From Marsupella aquatica (Eukaryota > Plantae > Marchantiophyta), in contig OZ316894.1 in NCBI GenBank assembly GCA_973895155.1, forward strand, positions 3,620,944-3,684,943: DNA of 64,000 nt, read 5' to 3'. This document shows positions 14,101-27,700 of the stretch, one piece after another. A program made the position numbers and the translations under genes. Within the stretch, counting starts at the first letter, position 1; every line of letters starts with the position of its first letter. The notes under the pieces are model-generated. The model was not told where the DNA came from. It did no database searches and was given only the letters and a program-made list of their open reading frames with translations.

Positions 14101-14805
14101 TGGATTAGAGTGGCAATTAGAGAGCATCATGAGACCCACCCAGACATGGATGCAGACGTTTACCTACTGTCTAATGCCCCTAGCCTAAAAGTGAAGACTT
14201 ACAAACGGATGAGAGCATATGGGAATCACTTTTGAGTGAAGGATGGTGACAGTGCCTACAAGGTGACAAATGACTGTGGGCTCATCACTGTATTTGAGCA
14301 ACAGAGCCACAATCACGACAGGGCCTGGATGGAGATGTGATATGTGGGAGAATTAGTTGACATATGGGCTCTGGACTATGGGGCGGTGTCCAGTCCTGTG
14401 ATTCTTATGAAAGGTTCATGGGTGCGGCAGGATTGGCTTGGTAATAGGGCTCCAATGAAGAGAGACAACGATGGTTTCTTGCTGGCCAATTTCAGAGGGA
14501 AATTGCCCGAATGGTCTGAGCCATTTGTGTTTCCCAGTCAGGTGGAGCAAGCTTTCTTCCTGGATGTGGAACACTCGCCAGGTTGGCGTGTAGTGTGTCA
14601 TAAACAGGCCAGAGAACGTCGGATGGAAGGATCAAACCTTGAGTTTCATTTACACTCTCATAGTGCCTTTGATCGTCGGCGTTCAGACCAAGTGCATGTA
14701 GTTCATGATAGCGGGGACTTCATTCCTGTGACAAGGGTAGATGCATTTGCTGAAGGAGGCAAGTTCAGAGATGCAGATCATGCCAACAGTGTGCCTGTGC
14801 CATGA
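11121..14805 (+). pseudogene. CACTA TnpD-type DDE transposase, decayed
   Basis: Motifs in order: CPCAIC...HIAVHG (transposase-associated domain), IHACPDGHVLFR...CPKCG...LRHFPLIPRLQRMF, RNVRLGLSLDGVNPF, ADYPAHG, DVMHIEKN, MKSHDYH, PAFFDVMTHLLVH...WLYPLERYM, EPFVFPSQVEQAFF. Multiple in-frame stops, a frameshift and small introns. Confidence 0.93.
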
Positions 14806-14957
14806 GTAATGTGAATTGTTTGCATGGACATTAGTGAGGGGATGTGTAATAAAGTAATTCTGAAGCAACACAGATGTATGGATGGATGCCTGGTGATTAT
14901 GGTTGCATTGTGTTATACAGGGTGACCATAGATGACATGTTTTTGTGGTCCAATAGG

Positions 14958-17900
14958 ATGGAACAGAGTGACACAGAGATGTGTGAGTATGAAAGGAAAG
15001 CTATGGAACAACAAGCATACGTGAAAGCCAAAATTGCAGAACTGGATCTGGAAAAGGATGTGGCTGAATTGTAAGGGAACGATTCTCAACTACACCCCTC
15101 CGCTGAGTTTGTGTGACATGAATAGTTCAATGTGGCACTGAAATTGTGACTATATCCTCATATTGGAATGTCGCAGAGCAACAGGTTTTTCAAAGAAACA
15201 AAAGGAGTACGCAAGAAGGGTGACCAACACTATCTCTGGGCCTGTGCGTCGGAGTGACATGTTGAGCAAGAAGGTCGTACCTACAATGGTAGAATGTGGA
15301 GATGACATGGATGCTGCGCAAGTGGGTGCAGACACTAGACAAGAAGATGCAGATGATGAGTATTTTCCAGAGGAAATGGATGAGGATGGGGGTTATGAAG
15401 ATGAATACATTGTAGAGCAGCCCCAAAAGAAACAGGTAAGTAGTTTTCCCAACAAGCTAGGTTTAGAGTTAAAAACTCTTGTTGAGAGGTTTCATATGTT
15501 CAGTACTACACCCTATGTACCTTGCTTAGTTCCTGACATTGTAGTTGGTGATGTGATGCAGCGTCCTGCCAGTTCTGTTTTGCCTGCAAAGCCTGTGCAT
15601 GCACCATACCAGCAGGGGGGCTGACCTCTGATCAAGGTTGGTGAGGTGGTAGTAGTGGTAGATCCCAGGCTGGTGCCCAATACTATGGCAGGGGGCAAGC
15701 TCTAGGTTATGCCCGTGGTAGAGGCAGAGCAGGTCCAAACCCACAGTCTCGTGGGTATGGACGTCCACCTCAACCATGGGGATGTGAGTATATATCTATA
15801 TGCCAGTTATTTGTGAAGGCATGGCACTCCTGAATTTCAGACTGCATATCAATTTTTGACATTGTTTGGGATGTATTGGATTCAGACAACATGAAATTCT
15901 GTCCACCTGCCATTGCATGCAGATTCTGCCAAACCTGATTGGGCAAATGCTGGTAATGATCAGTTCCAATGTTCACAAGGACAGACATGGGTTGAACCAG
16001 GTTGGGAGGATGGTGGTGGGTCGTGGAATGAACAAGGTTGGGAAGGTGGTGAAGGTACTTGGCAGGGATTTCAAAATACAGTACCTACAAATGCTGGAAG
16101 AGGGGCAGGTAATGTCTGATCTTGTCAGCAATGGAAGAACTCATTATATGTGGAGTCCATTGACGTGGGGGGGGATTCTGCACATGTATAATAATAGAAA
16201 ATGTATGTGTGCAGGTTGGACAGTCGAACCATCAACTCAAGTATTCACTAATGCCCCTATGCAGATGCAGCACGGAAGGGGGCCAGGTATGTTGGTGAAT
16301 GTTCATATGTTTTCCTATAGTTTGTACTTATTTTTAATACATATGTTTGCACACACATACCTAGAAAGTGACATCATCCGGCCCCTATACTAGACTGGAC
16401 AGGTGGTCCAGGGTCACAACAATTCCAGAGTGCAGTCCCTGCACAGGCATCTACAGGCAGAGCTACATGTATGTATGTTTGACGAATTTTTCTTGAAGTG
16501 AAGCATTGAATGTTGCCGTCATCCATTCTGCTATATGTAGTTCTCAAGCATGAATGACATTGTATTTTCCCAGGTGGCTTCAGAACCCCAGGTAGGGTGA
16601 ATGAAGGGGTGGCCAATACAACGCCCAGTACTACCAAGAGCAGTGCACGAGGGGAGGTGACAAAGGGCATGCTGATTTGAAAGCTGAAGTGTTGCGTTGG
16701 CTAGATGTGAGTGTTATTAATTTTAAAAAACAACATCCAAAAGATTGGAAAACTGTATGTGAAAATGTTGCTGCCAAATGGAATTATGTGGGCAGTGATG
16801 ATGGCGTGGACATAGGTTGCCTAGAGAGTACAGCAGGTAAAATCATAAAGCAAGAGAGGTGGAGAATGCATAAGGCTTGGAAGGAAGGTGGGGAGAAGCC
16901 AAATATGCCTCCACCAGCCAGTTGTGATGATAAAGTGTGGGCAAGGTTAGTAGCTTATTTTGTAACAGATGCTTCGAAAAAGAAGAGTTCACAGATGACC
17001 GAGGCCAGGTTGAGTGTTCAGAACCCTAATCTGACAGGAAGGACCGGCACTGCACCAATAGCAAAATGTTTGGTAAGAATCAATGGCCTAGCTATGTAAT
17101 TTATGCTACACTATGTACTGTTTTTTAGTGTAAACCCATACATGTAAACTTTGTTTTTTAGTGTACGTTCCCTGAATAATAATGATAACTTGTGTTTGCC
17201 ATGCATGTGCAGAAAGCCCATTCAATTGGGGCAAAGCCCTTCAAAAGAAGAGTTGAGGGCTGAAATTGTGAACACCCGGGCTCAAGAGGGTGCATCTAAA
17301 TCCTCCAAGCATGTAAGTTATATGAGTTCTGATTGGTAATTGAATGACCTACGTTGAATTTTAGGTGTACACTGTATATAACATTGATTGTGCATATATT
17401 TCCCAACATTTCATATGGAGTGATGGAACCTATACCCCTGTGTCATGTAGGGAGGTGGATCTTCACTTACAGAGATAAGTGGTCGTTTGAAGGCTGTGGA
17501 AACATGTCTTCCAGAGATCAATGAACGTTTGAATTCATTGACTGACTTGTTCCATGTGAACTTCAAGACATAATGGAAGCTGTTGTGTCGGTGAGAGATA
17601 AAATTGATTCCAATTCTGCAGGAGTTCCATCATCACCACTTGAGATGGCAAAGTCGATGCACTCTTCTGGCATGCCAACGACATGTAGGCTTGAAAGGTA
17701 AGGCCTTTACAGCTGTGGGATATGATTAGTAAATGTATAGTTTGAATTGACATTGTTTGTTGAATGTGTTATTTTCAGTAACATATATTGTGGTTGTTGT
17801 GTCCATAGAGAATAAGACCTCGGGGGTCTCACTATATGGGGACCTCCCCATCACTTACGACGCTTTTAGGCCTCGGACCCCCTAAAATGTAAGATTTTTT

Positions 17901-18912
17901 AATTTTATTTTTTAACCCCTATAAAGTTGGAATATTCCAAGAATATTCCAAAAATTGGATTAAAAAGACCCTAATGTTATTATAAGTCTCAAAATTGAAT
18001 TTAAAAGACCCTATTGTTCTTTTACAAAAATTCTTAAGTCTTCCCTTAGCACCAATAAAATGACCCTATCATTCGTCTCACGTGATATGCCATTTTTGTG
18101 GAACTGAAACTCCCGAGAATAAGACAGGTGTTGCAGAGAAGAAGTATGAGAACCTGGAAAATACTCGTTGTAATTTAGAGGCAACAAAGTTGTAGTCTGT
18201 ACAAGCAACTTGTTTGACAGAGGGCAGTCAACCATGTTTGGATGAGGATGACATTGGCAAGGGAGTGGATGATATCAATGTTGGGGCAAATGAGGATATC
18301 AGCAACCATGACAATGATACCATTGAGCCAGATTCATGCTATGTAGATCTTGACTCCATTGCAGAGATAAATGATTTGCAGAATGTATCATTCTCAATGA
18401 TAGGTGTGCCTCTTGTTGAGATAAAACCAACCAAAGAGTTAGTTGGTATGACACTCCCAGGTGATGAACTTGCTACTGTGACAGTCCTAACAAAGGAACC
18501 TACTGAGCCTAGCTTCACTATTGTGAAGAGAGGAAGCATGCGCACACGAAGCAAGTCTGCTGGTGGGAGCACAGCCACGTCAAAGGTTTCATACAAACCT
18601 CCAAGAACGGTGCTGGCAGAAAAATCTAAGGTGGAAGTGGGGAAAGCACCTAATGCTGAGGGACAAAGTGGCTTGTTAGCTATTGATGAGAGTGGAACAC
18701 GAGTAGGATTTGGCAGAGTGCAGGTTGGTTCCACAACGTTCCATGGCAAGAGGATTCCCCCAGGTTATTCAGTAGTGTTAGTCACATTACTAGTGAAACC
18801 TAAAGCTGTCCTTCCCATTCCAAACACAAATGATGATCCTCCTCAAAAGACACTTGGAGATGCTATAGGTTCTTTGGTATTATGGCCAAGCAAGTTCATA
18901 GAGGATCCATAA
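14958..18912 (+). pseudogene. CACTA second gene (TnpA-like), multi-exon, decayed
   Basis: 16677-17099 reads W..VCENV..KW...RWRMHKAW...PP..CDDKVWARLVAYF...KKSSQM..AR (Ptta/En-Spm-like). 18214-18912 ends GFGRVQ...FHGKRIPPGY..V.V...AVLPIP...TLGDAIGSLVLWP (TNP1-like C-terminus). GT-AG introns lie between pieces. Confidence 0.8.
17819..18117. mobile_element. MITE (CTCGGG...CCCGAG family), 299 bp
   Basis: Ends CTCGGGGGTCTCACT / GAAACTCCCGAG. 8-bp TSD AATAAGAC at 17811-17818 and 18118-18125. Interrupts the last TnpA exon. Confidence 0.88.
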
Positions 18913-21900
18913 CAATGTCATGCCATTATTTGTTTGTAGTGTGAGTCATGTTATGTAGATTTTAGATGTCAAGAAGGAGTACAAGAATCATGTCCTCTTG
19001 GAGATTCATAGTATCATGCATGTGCTTTCAGTTATCTCATCCTGCAGTCATCAATAATGAGTTCCTATTTTGTCTGAATTACATTGATCACATTGTAAAC
19101 TATTCCATTGGAATTCAAATGATCTAAATTTTAGAGCAAGATAATTATGATTCTATTTACATCTTATGAATGTTTTATGTAGGATCTGCTTATATGATGC
19201 TTTGTTTCATGTGGATGTCATTCATGCTATGTTCATTTCTTGTATTCAATGTGTTATATTTCTAAAGTTAGCACATCAGGTTTCAATCTATGTATTATAA
19301 TGTGGAGTGCTCTCTCTCCTTATGAACTGTCCCCTGGGCCCTTAGCGTTACTAATACAGGGAGGACGTGCGAACGATGCAAGGGTATTTTTAATGTAATG
19401 CAAACTAATTTTTATAATAATTTTTAAAGTTGGCAACATCCCTATATATACATTTGACACAATATTAGTAATAAGGCTCTTATCAAATACATGTCACATT
19501 ACTCTTATGCAAGGGTACCCAAAATGTCAAGGACACGCGTCACTATATGGTTGGTACACATGTCATGACTTCATTGGCACACCTGTCCATATAGTAAATC
19601 ACACATTTAATTATTTGTTCTCCTAAGACAAGTTTGTGTGCCCCCTTATGGTGGGACAAATGGGTTTTAGTAGACATGTTTACTCGCATTTTTAGGAGTT
19701 GAGTCGGGAGTTGAGTAAATGTTGGGTCGGGATCTTTGGGTCCAACTTGGTTGGGGCGGGGGTTGGGGTTTAGGGATTGATGGGGGATTGATGGGGACCA
19801 TGGATCAATACCCCCTCCATAGCACATAAACAAACAAGATTACTTTTGAAATGGGTTCAATCAAACGGCCAGGTGTGTTTGTGTGTGTGGGGTGGGGGTT
19901 TTGTACTCCCTTATCATTGGGGTGAGGGAGGTATCGGGGGCTGGCCACATTGGGGTTCACACAACAGGGTTTGCGTGACCCTCCCTTGCATTCCCCCTGC
20001 TTCTCTGCAGTTTAGGTCGTTGGATTTTAGACTGGCCATAGCGATCATTTGCTTGTTTGGGCCGGGGTTTGGGCTGCATGCGGCGTTGGATTTCAGACCC
20101 GCCATAGCTATGTTTGTTTGTTAGGCTACACGCAGGGTCCGTCCCGTGTGTATTCTCTGCTCTTGCACACAGTGAACTTATTCTTTCGGCTCCTCGCTTG
20201 GCAAAGTGAGTGCATGCCACCCTCTTGCTACCCCGGGCTTGCTACTTTGCGCGGTTGCGTTAACATGTACATGCCGTGATCTGATGTAACCTCTTTTGAT
20301 ACAGGTTTTAAGGCGGGTTTTTATTTCAGTCTTGTGTAGCTGACAGTTTTTGCACATGTTCTCACACAGGACTTTTGGTTGGTGGACTCGGTGAAAGCCA
20401 AAGTGCAGGAAGCAAAACCTGCAGAGGAAGATGCTCGAGCTTGGAAGGTATTGCTTTGCATGATCTCTTTTTGTCAATGTAAGTGTTTTGCCAAAAAGCA
20501 GCGAAATGCTTCTGAAGATGAGCTTTTTTATTGCAGATTGCAAGCAATCCATTCTGCAATGAAGCCAGCAACAAAGTAACCTGCATTTGGACAGCGACCC
20601 GGGACAGCGATCAATCGATGGCTTGGCATGGCGTGGCATGCGCAAGGAGTAATGCTGTAAGATGACGAGGACCCAAACATTGTAAAGAATATTGAGGGAA
20701 GGACGAGGGGAAGGAGCCCTCAATACGCAAAACGGCAGCAGTTGAGTCCAATCATTCATTTGAACTGCCCCCGGAACTGCCCCGATAATTGCATGTTAAC
20801 AAGTGAGTTGCTATTGACTTTTCAACAAACAGTTCTTCCATTTGTGATGTTTGTGTCGAGGAGTTGGGCTTGACTTGTCTGCAACAATGCTTACAGTGTA
20901 CTCGTAGAATGTTTTGTGGCGAAAGAGATAGAATGTGTGGTCTGCGTCAATGTTTTCCTTGTTTCGATCAGGCTATCTATTTTCTGAGCCCAACGTCATT
21001 TCCATAGCTTTCCTATTATTTAGTAACGTAAAGAGCACTGAAGTAGCTCTTCATTTGCTTTGCTTGGGAATGTTCTATTTCATTGAGACCAGACCAAAGT
21101 TTGTGATGGCGCGCTTCCGCTTTGCTACTGCTGGCGAACATGTTTGTCGAGGATGACAGTAAACAATCCCATTAGTGAGAAGCACAGTTTTGGCACGAGG
21201 CACAGGAAGAACCTCTTGTATGTGATCAAGGATAGCCTCGTTTTTGGGAACCAGTCCGTCAAGCACTGCTCGGCCATCATGTTCGTCCCCACCACCGTAC
21301 GTCACTCCTCCTCACCTTGTCACAGAGTTGCGTTCTGTGGCTATTTGGAAATTCCTTCATTCATTAATTCCTTGCATGATTTATTAATTCCTTCATTCAT
21401 TGAAGGATTTGCCTTAGGCAAGAAGGCAGGCAGGAGTCCCGACAGGAGTTTGTCAAAGGCTACGGGCCACAAAGGAGAAGAGCTAAACGTAGGGGAGAGA
21501 GGTAGATCGAGAATCAGGGAAGAGTGTGTGGCATCAAAAGAGGTCAGCAAGTATGGAAAATTTCATTGTGACAACACTCAGTTATCTCTACTCAGTTAGA
21601 ATATTGACCAATAATATCTAGTAACTAACTGTCACTGCGTACATGACAGGATCTAGTCGGAGTTACATTAGCTAGAAGACAGTTTCTCATTGAAGGACGG
21701 TCGGCGTGTTTGACAAAAACAGATGTAAGCCACTATATTCCTCAATGTATCACACTGTAAACCCTTCTGCATTTCCTCAACTTGGATCTGATGATTGCGC
21801 ATTGCATACTGCGCGACTTTGTTAGTTGTGTACCACTGCATTGATTCTATGCCTTTTGTGCCTCTGAGTCTACCATTGTCTTAAAGCCTCAGTCTTCGCT

Positions 21901-22275
21901 ATCTTCTCCGTTGCATTGCCTTCTTTTGGTCAACATATCGCTCCAACTACGTTTGGGATTGCAGTGACTGTTACGTGTTCCTTGCAGGTTCCAAATTGAC
22001 TTCCACAACCTCTGCTTTTGTCTCATTATGGAAGGTGAAGTTTCCACCATTCCCAGGCATGTTCTTTAAGTTCTTGTTGTCTGTCAAATTTTGGGTAAAA
22101 TTGTTTATTCTCGGAACGCCATCAGTGTAGTTGAAGTCTACAACATGCGTGCCATGATCGCCATAGTGGGCGATGCTTGAGGCGAGCCGCATCCACATGA
22201 CATGAATCTTGCGAGATTCATTAAATTAACATACATAGAGCAGTCCAGACGTATCAGTTCAGGGTCCAACCGTAC

Positions 22276-23053
22276 CTATGGACTGGGTAAAGAGCTCTGC
22301 TCTAGCTGTGTTTAACCCTTGAAGATGAAGTTCTGGGTAATGCCCTTCAACTTCAGCGACAGCTCCAATCCGATCGAAAAGCGAAATTCCAGCTCCAAAA
22401 TCTTTCAGCTTCCATTCAGTCCAGATTTTGAGTCCATTGTCGGCCTTTGCCAATCTCCACCCTACAATTCCTGTCCGGGTCATCGTAACAGACTTGATTT
22501 CACATGAAATTATTTTGTGCTGAAATAATACCTGAATTAACACTGTCGTCAGAAGGTCACATATTTTTGCAATTGTTCTTTCAATTGCTTCTCTGCAACC
22601 AGTCACACTGAACGGTAAACCCAGAAGCAAATGGCCAATCATTTTGGGAGAATTGAGCTAGAAACACTATTATATAAAGTGAGGCTCAGCGTAGAGACCT
22701 TGCGAAGCAATGCCGTGGCTTCCTCCTCAGACAGAGGAACAGTCCCTAGCTCTAGCGGCGTGCAGTTCCTCTCCGACAATCCCAGCAACGAGGGAGGAAT
22801 TAGTATAATATGCTTAGTACCCTCATTGCCAAGACTTTTCTCACCAAAATTCCAAAGATGGCCACCGCGCGAGAGTATTTGACGACAAGTTGTAGTTGTG
22901 CACCCCACAAAATGAAGCCGAGCTCAAAGAGGCGAGCGCTGAGGGGGACGAGGAGGACGAGGACGTCGCTCTCGCACGGAAAGAAGGTGATGAAAGGGCG
23001 GGCGAGTGGCGAAGCAAACTGCTGGAGCAGCAGATCAGGGACGCAGCAGCCAT
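22276..23053 (-). pseudogene. RAF2: Captured RAF2/SDIRIP1-like (plastid pterin-carbinolamine dehydratase-fold) gene, exons 1-2 with intron
   Basis: ATG at 23053 starts a Ser-rich transit peptide (MAAASLICCSSSLLRHSP...). After a frameshift: NFGEKSLGNEGTKHIILIP...LSEEEATALLRK, then GT donor (22698). Exon 2 reads VGWRL...WKLKDFGAGISLFDRIGAVAEVEGHYPELHLQGLNTARAELFTQSIG, then GT donor. Final exon not seen. Confidence 0.85.
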
Positions 23054-24717
23054 AGCTCGATTTCCTTCAGCTTTGTAGATCTCATCGAGCACCGCTTCCT
23101 ATATTCTCTTCGCCTTCTCTCTGCCTCCTACACACAATCATCCGGGGAGTGTTCTTTTATTCGGAGACTGTAGAGGGCTCCAAGTGATTTCAACCCGGTT
23201 TGGACTTGTCCCCGGCTCAGTCCAACTTTGCCCAGTCTAGCAGACTATCTCTTTCGCTGGTTTATGAGATCAATTTTCTCCAAGTCTCCAGCTGCTCTAC
23301 CTTGGTATCCACAACTTGACGCCAACGTACAGTAGTTGGCCGGTATTTTTGGCAGGTAGCAGGACTAAAATTATCGTAGAATAGATGCTAAACTATGGTA
23401 TCCTGTTGATATTTTGTAAGATTCTCTTTGTTGGTGGATTTGTACAGGTCTTGAAGTTTAATCAAGATTAGAATACTATCAATGAATGCCACCCCTGGTC
23501 AAGTTATTCTCGACACTTCTATACTATATTACAGGTTTGTTTTCTAATTGCTTGTTATCTCTGTTTTGTCAACTGCCAAGAAGTCCAGGACTGTGGCTAA
23601 TGCTTTTTGCATCTCCATTCATTCATTGTTGTTTGTTTGGAGCAGGCTTGTTGTTGTCAACTTCCAATGTGGATCTAGTTTCCGTCCCTGACCCGTTCAA
23701 GCAGCCAATGCAAATACACAAGTAAGTAAAGAATCAGTGGTGCCTCTTCTTGCAGTCAGATGCCCTACTTTCATTTTGCCGTGCATTCCTGATTGTACGT
23801 TGTCTCTTGTACAGTCGATTCATGCTTGTTGTCTTGTATGAATCCGCTTACAAACAGGGCTTTGTGTGTTTGCTCAGGTAAGCATTTCTTTATGTTTTGT
23901 GAATTAGGCTTTGTCTTTCTGTTGTAGAAGTAGGACCGTTTGCAGGTCCCATCAAATCCAAGGAGACCATTGGGGAAGTAATGCCCTCAGTGGAGATTGT
24001 CAGATTTCATCCCTGACAATCTAGCGCTCTTTGGAGGCGAAGCAGGTGCAGGTAGCCTGGGAGGGGGGGGGGGAAGATTGCTTAGAGCCTTGCCAGATAG
24101 GATTTGGGTGGTCCATGGAATGTTGCTATTCATGAATGGTCGAGCCTCTCTGAGCGAGTCTGTGAGTAAATAAATTTTGATCAGCCCATTGCACATGTCG
24201 AGGAGAGGGATTGGAGTGATGGGCCTGGCCCCGACTGCACATGGACCAAGCACAAACTGGGACAAGCTAATATGTTGGGACAAGCTAATTCAGGACAAGC
24301 TTAAATGGCCATGTGCAGATCTCATACTCTCTTGTGCTTACGCTGAAACCAGAGTCCTTGCATGCAAAGGGTACGTCCCTTCCCACCCGAAAGGAGAAAG
24401 CCGCAATGGATCTTAGACAAGCCAATTACCATGAGAAATGGCCGGGATGGGGCAAGGCCCTTGTGGAGTTGGTCTGGTGGATGCGGTCTTGACATATGGG
24501 CTTCCTTAGGCTACTTGTAGGAGGCCAAAACTTCCCAAATCCCCATGTTGAGCAATGTCATTGAATGGGTCGTTACAAAGTAACCCATAATTGGTTGAAG
24601 TGTTATGATTGTGTCCATTTTGATTGTGGTGCTTCTCTCTTGTCTTGTGCTATGTTTGCAGGCCTATGCCCCTAGCATATGTCAATTGGTTAGGGAATTA
24701 AACGTTGGACATAGAGG

Positions 24718-27700
24718 ATGCCGGCTGCCACTGTATTTCAAGCAGACTCTGAGTCAGGGGAACGGAAACCCCTGACATCATATAGCTACAAGATAGGTGA
24801 AACCTTTTATGATGCTAGAAAGAACTTGGAGTCAGGTTTTGACTTCGAGTTCCATTTCATGGACATCAACCTTGCTTGTAGAATGTTGGAGAAATTTGAG
24901 AGGTATAATCTGGTAGAGGATTGTGGTGGGAAGATTGTCATTATCCCAAAATACCCCAACAATTTTGTCCAAGGAGATGTGCAGAATGGGTCACAACAAG
25001 TCCTTGGAAGTAGCCATGCATCCAATGGACCTGGTAGCACATCTTGTGATACTCCCACAATAGATGAACCCTCTAACCAGCATGTAGGTGGAGCTCCATC
25101 TCAGGAGGCCCAACCTGCAAGTACCCCATCCCAGGATGGCCAGCCTATTGGTGGAGCCCCATCCCAGGAAGTTGAATCACAAGTCAGCCTAGAGTCTGAA
25201 TTAATGTCTCATGACCTCAAAATAGCATGGGAGACTTCTGTGACGAAGTTGATAGAGTGGATGACTTTTATTAAGTGTGTGGACCACAAATGGAAAGTCA
25301 GAACCTGGGACAAGGATGGTGTGTCTCGTGGGCATATTGAGTGTTGTGAATGTGACTTCAGATATCAAGCAGTTGCATGTAGCAGTGTCAAGGGTGTGGA
25401 TAAAACTATGGTCAATAATGTGTTTACAAACTTCAGAGTGAAACATTTGCCATCAAAAAAGCATGCTCGACGTGTAGCATCTAATAGGGGTGAGAAAGTG
25501 GATCACAGAGAGATTTCTCAGAGGGCTGAGGCTTGTACTCTGAATGATAGAGCCATACTTGATCAACATGTCAAGATTGTGGAGAAGATAAACTCAGCAC
25601 AAATTGCTGGTGGGCTTGTTGGGTGTGATACCTTTACAGTAATAGGTGATGTGGACAAAGAGCCCCTAGAGTTGATGAAGTTCAAACTTCGTTGTGAGTT
25701 TTGTGCTGAAAACTTGACATTGATTCCAAAACAACGCAATTTGGAAACAAATTTGGAAGCCCATGTGGGAGGCTTAAGTCATCTTAACTATGTCATGAGA
25801 AGTCAAAAGCCTGCTAGGGGTAACCCAGTGCACAGTGGAAGGCCTGGAAGACCTCGTGCACCAGATGGAAGGGATGTGAAAATAGCTGGGTTCTTAACTC
25901 GCCCCTCAACTGGAGGAGCTTCCAGTTCTAGTTCAAAAGACAAAGGTACTCTTGACAATCTCTCTTTGCTATGCTGGGGTCTCTGGCGTGATGTGGTGAA
26001 ATATGGTTCAGATACCAGGCCTATCAAGGAAATTTTAAATGATCAGCTTAAATTAGATGGGAACTGGTATGCGGAGCCCATAGTGAGGGCAGAGGTGTGG
26101 TGTTTGACGACTCAGGAAAACTGTGTGATCTCTGGTTTATTTAGACACAAAGAGTGTAGACGAATTTCGGAACTTGGTGGTGGGTTTATAGACTTATCCT
26201 GTATGCAATGTTTTAGCATAAAAACAGAGCAGGACTTTCGACTCAGAGTTTACAGGGAGTACAAAGCTCTTGAAAAAAGAGGTTGTAGAACTACTGGTAA
26301 AGGTAGGCGCTTAGACTATTTGACTATTCCAGAGGTCCAATACCAAGCTAAAAGTTATAGGAACCAAATTTTGAGAGAACGAAAGTTACAGAGAATCTTG
26401 AGTCACAAGCTACTCATGGCAAAGGCTCTAGTCTCCAGCATTAGTGAAGTGTGTCTTCACTATGAGGAACCAAACAAAGCAACTGTATTGAAATTCTGTC
26501 ATTCAATAATATTGGCACACAAACGAGGTGCCTTTGGTGGGAGAGGAGCTCTGTGGGATATGTTATCAGACATAGCACAGAACATCAATAGGGAGAAGAC
26601 AGGATATCGTTTTAGGCCTGGAACAAAACTTTTTTGCCAAACACTGTTTTTACATGGCGGAAGACGTGTAGTTGATTGTCTTGCAACCAATGGAATTGGT
26701 CCCACTCTCAACACCCTTCAAAGGGATAAGAGAGGCATGGTAGTGTTTCGTGCTGGAATTCATGTAGAGCAATTTCAGTTTATTGCGGAAGTATTTTCCA
26801 AATTGAAGGCTCGATTAAATATACATGGACCCATTCCATGCTTTTTGGCAGAGGACGAGACTTGTGTGAAGAGGACTGTGAGGTGACTATTCACTGCCTC
26901 CTCTTGCTCTAGTCATTCTTTTCCTTCAGTATGTATTTTTGTGCTACACAAAAATATTGAACAAGAACTAATGAAGAAACCACCTGCTATTGGTTGCAGA
27001 TGGCTGCCAAAACATGATACTCTTCTTGGATTTTGTGGGACAAAAAAGGATCATGAGTGCAGTGTTGGCTTGGAGATCATAGTGGGGGAAGGAGAAGTTG
27101 GCTTCAACAACATTGCAGATGCATTTGACAATTATGTTATAGCTCACCAGGCAAGGTGTTTGATAGTAAATGCCCTTGTTGCTGGATTCCCTCGATTGTG
27201 CATACTGGGGATGGGCACCTGTAACAAGTTTGATGCTCCATGGGTCAGGCGACAATGGAACAGCCTAGCCTCACTGTGGACAACTCATTGCCTAGAGTGT
27301 GTGGGGCCATTATTGGGTCATGCAAGCGATGGGGATGCACGAAGGAGAAAGCTTATGTTGGAAGACTACTCTGGAAGTGGAATACCAGGGCCAAGGCAGG
27401 ACCTAAGGTGGGAAGCTTGGAAATTGACCCACTCTATGACCACTACTGGACCATTGATCCATGCATATGGATTGCATGATCAAGATTTTATTCATAATGG
27501 GAAGAAGTTAGTGAACCCATTGGATTCTACTTCTCGTATTTTGAAATTAGGAGCGGAAATGGCAAACCTGAGTCACATCATATCCTGTTACAAAGTGTAC
27601 CTGAACAGTGATCATGGCTTGAATGAAGAGGACAAGTCAAGGAAAGATAGACAAAATTGGGCTAGTGCACAACGACTCTGTAGTCGCAAAGTACAGTCCT

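Noticed and set aside
22140-22170. Subtilase HGTHV catalytic motif
   Set aside because: Not followed by ASTAAG-like residues, and no other S8 motifs are present.
26941-26999. Independent start of the 675-aa ORF
   Set aside because: It lies within the GT-AG intron that joins it in frame to the upstream 722-aa ORF.
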